Under the pieces are notes generated by a model. That model did not search any database. It had not been told where the DNA came from and saw nothing but the letters and a program-made list of their open reading frames with translations. 38,808 bases of DNA. Origin: an uncultured Frankiaceae bacterium. Its GTDB lineage: Bacteria > Actinomycetota > Actinomycetes > JAFAQI01. Made by a program: the position numbers and the translations under genes. Positions 8,416 to 17,189 of this stretch are shown piece by piece. The DNA lies in the NCBI GenBank assembly GCA_964395425.1, contig CAYNDD010000004.1, positions 1-38,808 on the forward strand, read 5' to 3'. How positions within the stretch are numbered: position 1 is the first letter of the stretch; the number at the start of each line of letters is the position of its first letter.

Positions 8416-9756
8416 ATGCGGGTGGCGGTCGTCGGCGCGGGCCCGGCCGGGATCTACATCGCGGCCGCGCTGGTCGACCAGACCGATGTCCCGACGTCGG
8501 TCGACATCTTCGACCGGTTGCCGACCCCGTTCGGCCTGCTCCGTTACGGCGTCGCCCCCGACCACCTGAAGATGAAGGCCCTCGGGGTGACCTTGCAGCG
8601 CACCCTCGACCATGAGCACGTCCGCTTCTTCGGCAACGTGACGGTGGGCGTCGAGGTGACCGTCGACGAGCTGCTTGCCGACTACCACGCCGTCGTCTAC
8701 TCGTACGGCGCCGCGACCGACCGGCGGCTGGGGATCCCCGGCGAAGGCTTGCGGGGGAGCCTGTCCGCCCGCGAGTTCGTCAATTGGTACTGCGACGAGC
8801 CGGACGCAAGCATCGGCGGGTTCGATCTCAGCGCGCACAGCGCCGCCGTGATCGGTCTCGGCAATGTCGCGCTGGACGCGGCCCGGATCCTCATCCGTGA
8901 CCCCGAGGAGATGTCGCCGACCGATGTCAGCGACGCCGTCCTCAACGCGCTGCGCGCTTCGCCGATCACCGACGTCCACATCGTCGGCCGCCGCGGTCCC
9001 GAGCACGCGAAGTTCACCACGAAGGAGCTGCGCGAGCTCGGTGAGCTCGATGGCGTCGACGTGGTGGTCGACCCCTCCGCCCTCGACGGAATCGGCGAGA
9101 TCGACGACACCGTCGTACGCCGCAACGTCGAGGTCTTTCGCGGCTGGTCGCAACGGTCGTTGACCCGCGCGCCCCGGCGGGTGCACCTGCATTTCCACTC
9201 CCGGCCGGTCGCCGTGCTGGGCACCGAGTCGGTCGAGGGCCTCCGGGTCGAGCGTCCGGACGGGAGCACCGAGGACATCGAGGCTCAGCTGGTCCTTCGG
9301 TCGGCCGGTTACACCGGCGTCGCGTTGGAGGGCCTGCCGTTCGACGAGGAGTCCGGGACCCTGGCGGTCGTCGACCACCGGGTCCAGCGCGAGTCCGGCG
9401 AGCCCGGGGAGTATGCCTGCGGCTGGATCAAGCGCGGCGCGACCGGTGTCATCGGCACCAACCGGTCCGACGCGACCGCAACGGTCAAGGTGATCGTCGC
9501 CGACGCCGAGACCCTGCTCCACCGGCCGGTCGAGCCAGGCAGCGCGCTCGGCGCGGCGGTCGCGCGCGGTGCCCACCCGGTCGGGCTCGACGGCTGGGCG
9601 GCGATCGACGCCGCCGAGGTCGCGCTGGGTGCGGGTCGCAACAGCCCGCGGATCAAGCTCTCGCGCTGGGAGGAGTTGCTGGCGGCGTCCGGAGTGCTAG
9701 CCGTGGGCCACCTTGAGGACATTGACGGCGCGGGCGATGACGAGGCCGAGAGTTGA
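8416..9756 (+). CDS. FprA-like NADPH:ferredoxin/adrenodoxin-type FAD reductase
   Basis: The ORF is open from 8293. I call ATG 8416 (GAGGAA at 8407-8412), giving MRVAVVGAGPAGIYIAAALV. An alternative in-frame GTG at 8395 could be leaderless. A second nucleotide-binding motif, AAVIGLGNVALDAARIL, is present. About 446 aa. Confidence 0.75.
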   Translation: MRVAVVGAGPAGIYIAAALVDQTDVPTSVDIFDRLPTPFGLLRYGVAPDHLKMKALGVTLQRTLDHEHVRFFGNVTVGVEVTVDELLADYHAVVYSYGAATDRRLGIPGEGLRGSLSAREFVNWYCDEPDASIGGFDLSAHSAAVIGLGNVALDAARILIRDPEEMSPTDVSDAVLNALRASPITDVHIVGRRGPEHAKFTTKELRELGELDGVDVVVDPSALDGIGEIDDTVVRRNVEVFRGWSQRSLTRAPRRVHLHFHSRPVAVLGTESVEGLRVERPDGSTEDIEAQLVLRSAGYTGVALEGLPFDEESGTLAVVDHRVQRESGEPGEYACGWIKRGATGVIGTNRSDATATVKVIVADAETLLHRPVEPGSALGAAVARGAHPVGLDGWAAIDAAEVALGAGRNSPRIKLSRWEELLAASGVLAVGHLEDIDGAGDDEAES

Positions 9757-10476
9757 CAGTGCGACCAGGCTCTGGACCGCCATCAAGGCCTTGACGCCGC
9801 GGCCGAGCGGGAGCGTGTCGGTCGGTGAGAACGCGACCACGTTGGTGAAGCTGACGTACAAGTAGTCGAGGAACCGCGGCTCCCAGTCGGCCGGGGCCAG
9901 CTCCGGGTTCGTCATCTGCGGAAACATGAAGTCCGGGTGCGGGTCGCTTCCTTCGGTGCGCGCGAACGGCCCGCCCCGGTCGATCTCCCAGTACCAGAGC
10001 CCGAAGGCGATCATGTTCGTCAGGTAGATCGCCGACCCGCTCGCCAGCAGGCCGGTCGGGTCGTTGCTCGCGCTGCCGTTGAGGATGTCGTGGTCGAGCA
10101 GGACCGCGCTGATGATGTTGTCGGCCGTGATGAGCGCGACCATCAGCAACGCGCCGTACCGGCCGAACGCGGTCCGGCGGGTCAGCCGGACCGGGTTGAG
10201 GATCGTCAGCGCGATCAGCAGGACCAGCTCCATGCCGGGCAGGACCCAGCGCGGGTGCAGGCCGTACTTCACCGGCAACGACAGCTGCAGGAAGATCGCC
10301 ACCGCGATCGCCGCTCCGGCGGGCAGCCGGTTCTCCGCATCGGTCGGGCGCAGCCAGGCCGGCACGAAGCGGTCTTCGGCGTGCCTGATGTCGGACTCGA
10401 CCCGGTCGGTCAGCCAGCGACCCCGCGCGCCGGACTCGGCGGGAGCGCCGGGTGCGGCATCGGTCGGGTCGGTCAC
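9697..10476 (-). CDS. DUF1345-like integral membrane protein
   Basis: 259 aa with a GTG start. It has several TM helices and the segment FGLWYWEIDRGGPFAR, which I associate with the DUF1345 family. The family call is from memory only. Confidence 0.6.
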   Translation of the reverse strand: MTDPTDAAPGAPAESGARGRWLTDRVESDIRHAEDRFVPAWLRPTDAENRLPAGAAIAVAIFLQLSLPVKYGLHPRWVLPGMELVLLIALTILNPVRLTRRTAFGRYGALLMVALITADNIISAVLLDHDILNGSASNDPTGLLASGSAIYLTNMIAFGLWYWEIDRGGPFARTEGSDPHPDFMFPQMTNPELAPADWEPRFLDYLYVSFTNVVAFSPTDTLPLGRGVKALMAVQSLVALSTLGLVIARAVNVLKVAHG

Positions 10477-10495
10477 GGTGGGGGTGTGCGGAGGC

Positions 10496-10624
10496 CTACT
10501 GCGACTTGGTCTCGGTCGGGCGGGTCGTGGGCGGGATCACCGTCGTGCTGACCGGAGCGGCCTTGAGCTTGGCGCTCTTTTTCGGCTTCTTGGCCTCGCG
10601 GCCGGCCTTGTTCTTGTTGCCCAT
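10496..10624 (-). CDS. 42-aa lysine-rich small protein
   Basis: Below the ORF-track cut-off. ATG 10624 is preceded by AGGAG with an 8-nt spacer. Translation: MGNKNKAGREAKKPKKSAKLKAAPVSTTVIPPTTRPTETKSQ. Third positions are GC-rich. It ends 19 nt upstream of the DUF1345 gene. Confidence 0.5.
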   Translation of the reverse strand: MGNKNKAGREAKKPKKSAKLKAAPVSTTVIPPTTRPTETKSQ

Positions 10625-10765
10625 CGGGCGGGCTCCTGTCTTGTTGCTGCGATGCTCATCGCGGGCGTGGCAACGCCGACGGTACGCCGGTTATTGGCAT
10701 TGGACCATGCCGGCATGCGACTGTAGAGGCTAACGCGCGGCCGATACGGTCGGCCTAAAGGCAGG

Positions 10766-11710
10766 ATGACGATGCAGACGTTGGACCCGCTCGACCTCAT
10801 GCGCGAACTCGAACCAACGGTAGAAGCAAACCTCAACCGGCACATGTCCATCGCCCAGGAGTGGATGCCGCACGAGTATGTGCCGTGGCGGCTCGGCCGC
10901 GACTTCGTCGGTCCCGACGGCACGGCCTGGTCGCCGGATCAGTCCAGCCTGTCGCGGGAGGCCCAGATCTCCTTCGAGGTCAACCTGCTGACCGAGGACA
11001 ACCTCCCCAGCTATCACCACGAGATCGCGACCGTCTTCGGCCGGGACGGGGCGTGGGGGACCTGGGTGCATCGCTGGACCGCGGAAGAGGGCCGGCACGC
11101 CTGCTGCATCCGCGACTACCTCCTGGTGACCCGGGCGGTCGACCCGGTAGTGCTCGAGCGCGACCGGATGGCGACGATGGAGGTCGGCTACTCGGCCGAG
11201 GGCAAGGGCCTGACCCGGGTGCTCGCCTATGTCAGCTTCCAGGAGCTCGCGACCCGGATCGCCCACCGCAATACCGGCCGGATCGCCGGCGACCCGGTCG
11301 CCGACAAGCTGATGGCCCGGATCTCCGCCGACGAGAACCTGCACATGGTCTTCTACCGGGACCTGATCCGGGCCGCGATGGACATCGATCCGGATCAGAC
11401 CGTGGTCGCGATCGCCGCCGAGGTGCTCGGCTTCCGGATGCCGGGCACCGGCATTCCGAACTTCAACCGCAAGAGCGTCCAGATCGCCAAGGCCGGGATC
11501 TACAACCTGCGGATCCATCGCGACGAGGTCATCGCCCCGGTGCTCCGGCACTGGAAGATCTTCGACCTGACCTTCGTCTCGCCCGAGGCGCAGCAGGCCC
11601 AGGCCAGTCTCGCCGAGCACCTCGACCAGCTCGAGCAGCTCGCCCAGCAGTACGACGAGCGGCTCGGGGCCAACCGGGAGCGGATCGCCGCCGGCAACGC
11701 CACGCGCTAG
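10766..11710 (+). CDS. Soluble acyl-ACP desaturase family di-iron protein (DesA-like)
   Basis: 314 aa. Di-iron ligand motifs are TEDNLPSYH and WTAEEGRHA in the first half and ELATRIAHRN and ADENLHM in the second half. This matches the EXXH pairs of the stearoyl-ACP desaturase fold. Confidence 0.85.
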   Translation: MTMQTLDPLDLMRELEPTVEANLNRHMSIAQEWMPHEYVPWRLGRDFVGPDGTAWSPDQSSLSREAQISFEVNLLTEDNLPSYHHEIATVFGRDGAWGTWVHRWTAEEGRHACCIRDYLLVTRAVDPVVLERDRMATMEVGYSAEGKGLTRVLAYVSFQELATRIAHRNTGRIAGDPVADKLMARISADENLHMVFYRDLIRAAMDIDPDQTVVAIAAEVLGFRMPGTGIPNFNRKSVQIAKAGIYNLRIHRDEVIAPVLRHWKIFDLTFVSPEAQQAQASLAEHLDQLEQLAQQYDERLGANRERIAAGNATR

Positions 11711-12135
11711 TGCCGGACGGCGACTGGCGGCTCGCCTCGAGCTGCGCCGGGGTCGACTGGGCGAAGGCCCGCGCCGATCTCATCGCCGACGACTTCGACA
11801 ACGGCCGGAACCCGGCCGCGCTGCAGCGATCGTTCGAGAACTCGCCGCACGTCGTGATCGCCTGGGCCGGTGACCGGGTGGTCGGGATGGCCCGGTTGCT
11901 CTCCGACGGCGTGTGCAACGCCTATCTCATCGACGTGTGGACGCAGTCGTCCTGGCGTCGCCGGGGGATCGGGACGGCGATGGTTCGCCGGCTGGTCGAG
12001 GCGGTGCCCGGCCAGCACGTGGGCTGGCAGACCGACTCGGCGACCGACTTCTATCTCGCGCTCGGCGCGCGACTCCAGCCGCAGTTCATGTCGATCGTGT
12101 CCGGCGAATGGCTCGACAACGAGGCCAACCGCTGA
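11710..12135 (+). CDS. GNAT-family N-acetyltransferase
   Basis: The GTG start overlaps the desaturase TAG (TAGTG at 11708-11712). 141 aa. The acetyl-CoA-binding signature WRRRGIGTAMVRRLVE is present. Confidence 0.8.
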   Translation: MPDGDWRLASSCAGVDWAKARADLIADDFDNGRNPAALQRSFENSPHVVIAWAGDRVVGMARLLSDGVCNAYLIDVWTQSSWRRRGIGTAMVRRLVEAVPGQHVGWQTDSATDFYLALGARLQPQFMSIVSGEWLDNEANR

Positions 12136-12153
12136 GCACTGCTGCTCGCCGGC

Positions 12154-13380
12154 TCAGGTGGTGGCGCCGGCCTTTGCCGGCGTGTTCGACACCCGGTGGC
12201 CCTGGTAGCCGCGCGCGACCATCGTGACGTACTGGTAGACCGCGTCCTCCTCGGGCGAGAGCGGTCCCGGCTTGGCGTGCTCGGAGGTGAGCCCGCGGTG
12301 CACGGACTCGCAGGCCTGCCAGTCCTGCCGGTTCGTGATGTCCCAGAAGTCGACCGCATACGACGGGTCGAAGTCCTCGCGCTCGACCGCCTCGGGCGCG
12401 AACGCCCAGGTGCATTCGATCCGGGTGCGGCCGGCCGCGAGCGGGGTGAGCCGGTGCACCATCACGTAGTCGGGATGCAGGCTGATCAGGATGTTCGGGA
12501 AGACGTTGAGGTAGATCACGGTCCGCAGACCCACGGCGTCGAGCCCGCGGAGCGCGACGCCGCCGCTCGTGCCGTCGAGCGACATGGTGTCCATGCCCTC
12601 GCGCAGATCCATCGTGCCGCCGACCCAGGCTCCGCTGGAGGCGTAGTTGTGGCCGCTCGACGGCGGGCTCACGGCGCACAGCTCCGGGTGGATGACCGGG
12701 CAGTGGTAGCACTCGTGGTAGTTCTCGGTGAGGATCTTCCAGTTCGCCGTCGTCTCGTACTCGTGGCGGCCGGCGACCCGCAGCCGTTCCATCTCATACG
12801 GCGCGACGATCGGCTCGATGTCGGCAAGGGCATCCTCGAGCGCCGGTGCCGTTCCCGAGCCGTCGACGAAGATCAGGCCGTGCCATTCGCGGACCGGGAG
12901 TGACACCAGCCCCCACGCGTCGCTGTCGAATCCCTCGCGGCCCTTGAAGCCCTTGGCCGCCCGCAGCTCGCCGGACAGCTCGTAGCCCCAGGAGTGGTAC
13001 GGGCAGGCGATCACCCGACGGTTGATCGAGGCGCCGCAGCCGAGCAGCTCGTGCCCGCGATGGCGGCAGAAGTTGGCGAAGCAGCGCAGCACGCCGTCAT
13101 CGCCCCGGACCAGCAGGACCCCCGCCGGACCGACCGCCTCGGCCCGCTGGTCGCCGGGTGCGGCAACATCCTCGCTGCGGCCGACGCACATCCAGCCGCC
13201 GCCGAAGAAGTTGTGCCGCTCCCACTCGAAGACGGCCTCGTCGACGTACGCCGCCCGCGGCAGCATCCGGCTCTCGCCGAACGGCAGCAGCGATTCGGCC
13301 AGCGCGGCCGGATCGATCGGTGCGGGGTCGACGTGCCTCGGGCCGATCTGCGGACTACGGGCGCCGTTCTGACTGACCAT
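12154..13380 (-). CDS. Rieske [2Fe-2S] non-haem-iron oxygenase, alpha subunit (GbcA/CntA/choline-monooxygenase-like)
   Basis: 408 aa. The Rieske motif is CRHRGHELL...CPYHSWGY. The mononuclear-iron motif is NWKILTENYHECYHCPVIHPEL. Confidence 0.85.
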   Translation of the reverse strand: MVSQNGARSPQIGPRHVDPAPIDPAALAESLLPFGESRMLPRAAYVDEAVFEWERHNFFGGGWMCVGRSEDVAAPGDQRAEAVGPAGVLLVRGDDGVLRCFANFCRHRGHELLGCGASINRRVIACPYHSWGYELSGELRAAKGFKGREGFDSDAWGLVSLPVREWHGLIFVDGSGTAPALEDALADIEPIVAPYEMERLRVAGRHEYETTANWKILTENYHECYHCPVIHPELCAVSPPSSGHNYASSGAWVGGTMDLREGMDTMSLDGTSGGVALRGLDAVGLRTVIYLNVFPNILISLHPDYVMVHRLTPLAAGRTRIECTWAFAPEAVEREDFDPSYAVDFWDITNRQDWQACESVHRGLTSEHAKPGPLSPEEDAVYQYVTMVARGYQGHRVSNTPAKAGATT

Positions 13381-13440
13381 ACAGTCAGGATAAGCGGTGG
13401 CTTCGCACAGTGTCCAGCACCGGTTCTGCGGCGCCGATGC

Positions 13441-13485
13441 TTGTCAAAGCGTCTCGACTCTTCTAGTTTGAACGTTCAGTCAAAC
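13441..13485 (+). promoter_or_regulatory. Promoter-operator cassette P1 (drives the aminotransferase/importer operon)
   Basis: TTGTCA (13441-13446), a 17-nt spacer, TAGTTT (13464-13469), and the inverted repeat GTTTGAACGTTCAGTC (13466-13481). The downstream ATG is at 13501. Near-identical to P2 and P3. Confidence 0.6.
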
Positions 13486-13500
13486 CCCACATCGGAGCCC

Positions 13501-14922
13501 ATGGTGTCCGTCCACACCGAACCCGTCCCCGACATCTCCGTCGTGCTCGAGCAGGTCATCGCCGAGCAGGAACGGCGGTTCATCGAGCGCCAGCCGCGCT
13601 CAGCCGCGCTCAGCGCCCGGGCCGCCTCCTCGCTGGCCGGTGGGGTGACCTCCAGCTGGCAGATCACCCGGCCCCAGGCGGTCTGGCTGGCCGAAGGATC
13701 CGGGTCGACGATCATCGATGTCGACGGCAACACCTACGTCGACCTGCACGGCGGCTACGGTGCCGCGCTGGCCGGCCACGCTCACCCCGCCATCGTCGAG
13801 GCGGTGCGCGCCCAGGTGGCGCACGGCACCCACTTCGCCCAGCCGACCGAGACCGCGATCGTCGTCGCCGAGGAGCTCTCGCGCCGGTTCGGCCTGCCGC
13901 TGTGGCGGTTCGGCAACTCCGGCACCGAGGCCACGATGGACGCCGTCCACATCATGCGCGCGGTCACCGGGCGCGACCTGATCATCAAGGTCGAGGGCTG
14001 CTACCACGGTCATCACGACTCGGTGCAGGTGTCGGTCACCCCCGAGGAGGACGAGGTCGGCGACGCCGCGCGGCCCAACCAGGTCCCGGCGAGCAGCGGC
14101 ATCCCGTCCGCGATCACCGATCTGACGCTCGTCGTCAGCTTCAACGACCTTCCCGGTCTGGCGTCGCTGCTCGAGGACTACGACGGCAAGGTCGCCGGCA
14201 TGATCGTGGAGCCGATCATGATGAACGCCGGCATCATCACTCCCGACCCGGGCTATCTCGCCGGGGCCAAGGAGCTGCTCCACGCGCATGGCGCCCTGCT
14301 CGCCTTCGACGAGGTCAAGACCGGTCTCACCGCCGGACCGTCCGGTGCGACCGGCCTGGTCGGCGTCACCCCGGACATCGTCTGCCTGGCCAAGGCGATC
14401 GGCGGCGGGGTCGCGTCCGCGGCCGTCGGCGGGACCGCTGAGGTCATGGAGCACGTCGCGAACGGCGACTACGAGCAGGTCGGCACCTTCAACGGCAACC
14501 CGCTCGCGATGGCCGCGACCCGGGCGATGCTGACCGAGGTCGCGACCGATGAGGCCTACGCCCGGATCGACCGGCTTCGCGGCAAGGTGGTGAGCGAGTT
14601 CGAGCGGGTCATCGCCACCTACGACCTGGACGCCCACGTCGTCGCGGTCGGCGCCAAGGGCTGCGTGGTCTTCCGCCGCGAGCCGGTCCGCAACTACCGC
14701 GGGTTCCTCGGGATCGACGACCGGTACAACCACGCGCACTGGCTCTACCAGCACAACGGCGGGGTTTTCCTGCCGCCGTGGGGCAAGATCGAGCAATGGC
14801 TGATGTCGGTGCAGCACGACGACTCCGACATCGACCGGTTTGTGGGCAACTTCGAGCGTTGTGCGGCCGCCCTCACCGGCGGTGTTACGCAACCGACGCT
14901 TGCGACCGGGGGCACCGCGTAG
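13501..14922 (+). CDS. Class-III PLP-dependent aminotransferase (glutamate-1-semialdehyde aminomutase-like)
   Basis: ATG 13501 is preceded by GGAG (13493-13496). 473 aa. Recognisable motifs are NSGTEATMDAVHIMRAVTGR, FDEVKTG and the lysine-containing LAKAIGGG. Confidence 0.85.
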   Translation: MVSVHTEPVPDISVVLEQVIAEQERRFIERQPRSAALSARAASSLAGGVTSSWQITRPQAVWLAEGSGSTIIDVDGNTYVDLHGGYGAALAGHAHPAIVEAVRAQVAHGTHFAQPTETAIVVAEELSRRFGLPLWRFGNSGTEATMDAVHIMRAVTGRDLIIKVEGCYHGHHDSVQVSVTPEEDEVGDAARPNQVPASSGIPSAITDLTLVVSFNDLPGLASLLEDYDGKVAGMIVEPIMMNAGIITPDPGYLAGAKELLHAHGALLAFDEVKTGLTAGPSGATGLVGVTPDIVCLAKAIGGGVASAAVGGTAEVMEHVANGDYEQVGTFNGNPLAMAATRAMLTEVATDEAYARIDRLRGKVVSEFERVIATYDLDAHVVAVGAKGCVVFRREPVRNYRGFLGIDDRYNHAHWLYQHNGGVFLPPWGKIEQWLMSVQHDDSDIDRFVGNFERCAAALTGGVTQPTLATGGTA

Positions 14923-14954
14923 TTTCCTAACCCTGCTCCACCGTTGCGTCGTCC

Positions 14955-16259
14955 TTGGAGGTTGCGCTGACCCACCATCCTCGGCAAGGCTGGTCCGACT
15001 CCGATCCGTCGGCCGGCTTTTCCAGACGCGACCTGCTCAAGCGCGGCGCCGGACTCGGCGCGCTCGCCGGCCTGGCCCCGGTGGCCCTCGCGGCGTGCAG
15101 CGGCGGCACCGGCAACTCCACCGGCGGTGGCGGAGGTGGTGGCGGCAACACCGGCGGCAGCCTGCCTCGACCGGACAACCCGGTCACCTGGCCGATCTAC
15201 GCGGACAACAAGCCGATCGCGAACGGCCTTCCGCCGGAGCAGAATGCCACGCTGAAGGTCTACAACTGGGTCGCCTACGTCAACCCGCAGTCGATCAAGA
15301 ACTTCGAGAAGAAGTACAACTGCAAGGTCGAGGTCACGACCTTCAACACGATGGAAGAGGCGATGCAGAAGCTGCAGACCGGGCAGCTCAGCTTCGACGT
15401 CTTCATCCCCACCGTCGACCAGCTCGGTCCGCTGGTCGAGACCAAGCTGATCCGGCCGCTCAACCACAGCTACATCCCGAACATCTCCAACGCGTGGTCG
15501 GAGTTCGAGAACCCGTTCTATGACCAGAAGTGGCTGTACACCGTCCCCTACACGATCTACACGACCGGCATCTCGTGGCGCAACGACCACGTGCCGGGCA
15601 ACCCGGCGGCGCTGAAGAACCCCTGGTCGTTCCTCTGGCAGGGCAAGTACAAAGGCAAGGTCGCGATCCTCGACGACTACCGCGAGGGCCTCGGCCTCGG
15701 CCTGATGTACAACGGCCAGAGCGACCTCAACACGACCGACGCGACCTTGCTCACCGCGGCCGAGAAGTCCCTGCTCAACCTCGCCAAGCTGACCAACGTC
15801 CACATCGACAACAACGACTACACCAACATCCCGAGTGGTCAGATGTGGATCCACCACTCGTGGTCGGGTGACATCGCGGCGGCCGCGCAGTACATGCCGA
15901 AGGGCGTGTCGGTCGACGTGGTCAGCTACTGGTTCCCCGCGGACGGCCGCGGACCGGTCGCGAACGACACGATGGCGGTCCTGTCGGGTGGCAGCAACCC
16001 GGTGCTCGCGCACCTGTTCCTGAACTACTTCCTCAACACCGACAACGCGCTGGAGAACATCAGCTACAACGGCTACATGCAGCCGTTGTCAGGGGTCACG
16101 CCGCAGCGGCTGATCAAGGAGAAGATCCTTCCACCCAACCTGACGTCGACCGTGGTGCTCGAGTCGTACTTCTCCAAGGGCTACCACGAGCTCGAGCTGC
16201 CGGCGACGGCGAACACGACCTGGCAGCAGGACTGGCTCGACGTCACCCGCGGGGTCTAG
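14955..16259 (+). CDS. PotD/PotF-family polyamine-type ABC substrate-binding lipoprotein (Tat signal)
   Basis: The twin-arginine signal is SRRDLLKRGAGLGALAGLAPVALAAC, with lipobox LAAC followed by a Gly-rich linker. The YNWVAYV motif is typical of PotD/PotF. The start is uncertain: TTG 14955 or in-frame CTG 14967 after GGAGG. Confidence 0.85.
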   Translation: MEVALTHHPRQGWSDSDPSAGFSRRDLLKRGAGLGALAGLAPVALAACSGGTGNSTGGGGGGGGNTGGSLPRPDNPVTWPIYADNKPIANGLPPEQNATLKVYNWVAYVNPQSIKNFEKKYNCKVEVTTFNTMEEAMQKLQTGQLSFDVFIPTVDQLGPLVETKLIRPLNHSYIPNISNAWSEFENPFYDQKWLYTVPYTIYTTGISWRNDHVPGNPAALKNPWSFLWQGKYKGKVAILDDYREGLGLGLMYNGQSDLNTTDATLLTAAEKSLLNLAKLTNVHIDNNDYTNIPSGQMWIHHSWSGDIAAAAQYMPKGVSVDVVSYWFPADGRGPVANDTMAVLSGGSNPVLAHLFLNYFLNTDNALENISYNGYMQPLSGVTPQRLIKEKILPPNLTSTVVLESYFSKGYHELELPATANTTWQQDWLDVTRGV

Positions 16260-16265
16260 GCACCA

Positions 16266-17189
16266 GTGTCCCGCTTCACCCGCTCGGGCGGACCGAAGGC
16301 GCCGCGCCGGATCCTGTGGGCCGGGCTGTCCACGCCGGCGATGCTGTGGCTCCTGGCGCTGTTCATCGTGCCGTTCTTCGTCGCGCTCGCGGTGGCCGGC
16401 GGGTCGATCAACCAGATCATCGGCACTCCGCAGCCGGCCTGGAACCCGCTCGACTGGAGCGGCGCGGCGTACCGCGCCGTGTTTCACGAGTTCACCGGCA
16501 CCGGCGCATTTCTCGGTCCGGAGGTGCTGCGCACCCTCGAGTACGTCGCGATCGCGGCGGTCCTGTCGCTGCTGATCGGCTATCCGGCCGCGTACTTCGT
16601 GAGCCGGTTCGCGGGCAAGAAGAAGGGCCTGCTGCTCGGCTTGCTGCTCGCGCCGTTCTGGGTCAGCTACATGATGCGGATGCTGGCCTGGATCGATCTC
16701 CTGCAGACCGACGGCTACGTCAACCGGCTCCTGGTCGACCTGCACCTGGTCTCGCACCCCGTCGTGTGGCTGGGCGGCAAGGCGACGACGGTCATCCTCG
16801 GGTTGGTCTACGGCTACATCCCGTATCTCATCCTGGTGCTGTTCGCGGGCCTCGACCGGATCGATCCGCACCTGATCGAGGCCGGCCGCGATCTCGGCCT
16901 GAGCCGGGTGCGGACCTTCACCAAGGTGACGCTGCCGCTGAGCCGGCAGGCGATCCTGACCGGGTTGCTGGTCACGGTGCTGCCGATGCTCGGTGACTAC
17001 TTCACCAACCAGATGCTCTCCGGCGCCACGAATACCGCGATGATCGGCAACACCATCGAGCAGCAGCTGTCGTCCACCCAGCTGCAGACCCAGGGCGCCT
17101 CGTTGTCGCTGATGATGCTCGGCGTGCTCGTGATCCCGATGCTCTACTACGTCATCGCGACCAACCGCGCCTCGCAGGCGAACGCATGA
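16266..17189 (+). CDS. ABC transporter permease (PotB-like)
   Basis: 307 aa, about 6 TM helices. The EAA loop is IEAGRDLGLSRVRTFTKVTLPLS. Confidence 0.85.
   Translation: MSRFTRSGGPKAPRRILWAGLSTPAMLWLLALFIVPFFVALAVAGGSINQIIGTPQPAWNPLDWSGAAYRAVFHEFTGTGAFLGPEVLRTLEYVAIAAVLSLLIGYPAAYFVSRFAGKKKGLLLGLLLAPFWVSYMMRMLAWIDLLQTDGYVNRLLVDLHLVSHPVVWLGGKATTVILGLVYGYIPYLILVLFAGLDRIDPHLIEAGRDLGLSRVRTFTKVTLPLSRQAILTGLLVTVLPMLGDYFTNQMLSGATNTAMIGNTIEQQLSSTQLQTQGASLSLMMLGVLVIPMLYYVIATNRASQANA

Noticed and set aside
15121-15150. GGC/GGT-rich simple repeat.
   Set aside because: It is in frame and encodes the Gly-rich linker (GGGGGGGN) right after the lipobox cysteine of the PotD-like lipoprotein. This is an ordinary flexible tether, not a non-coding repeat.
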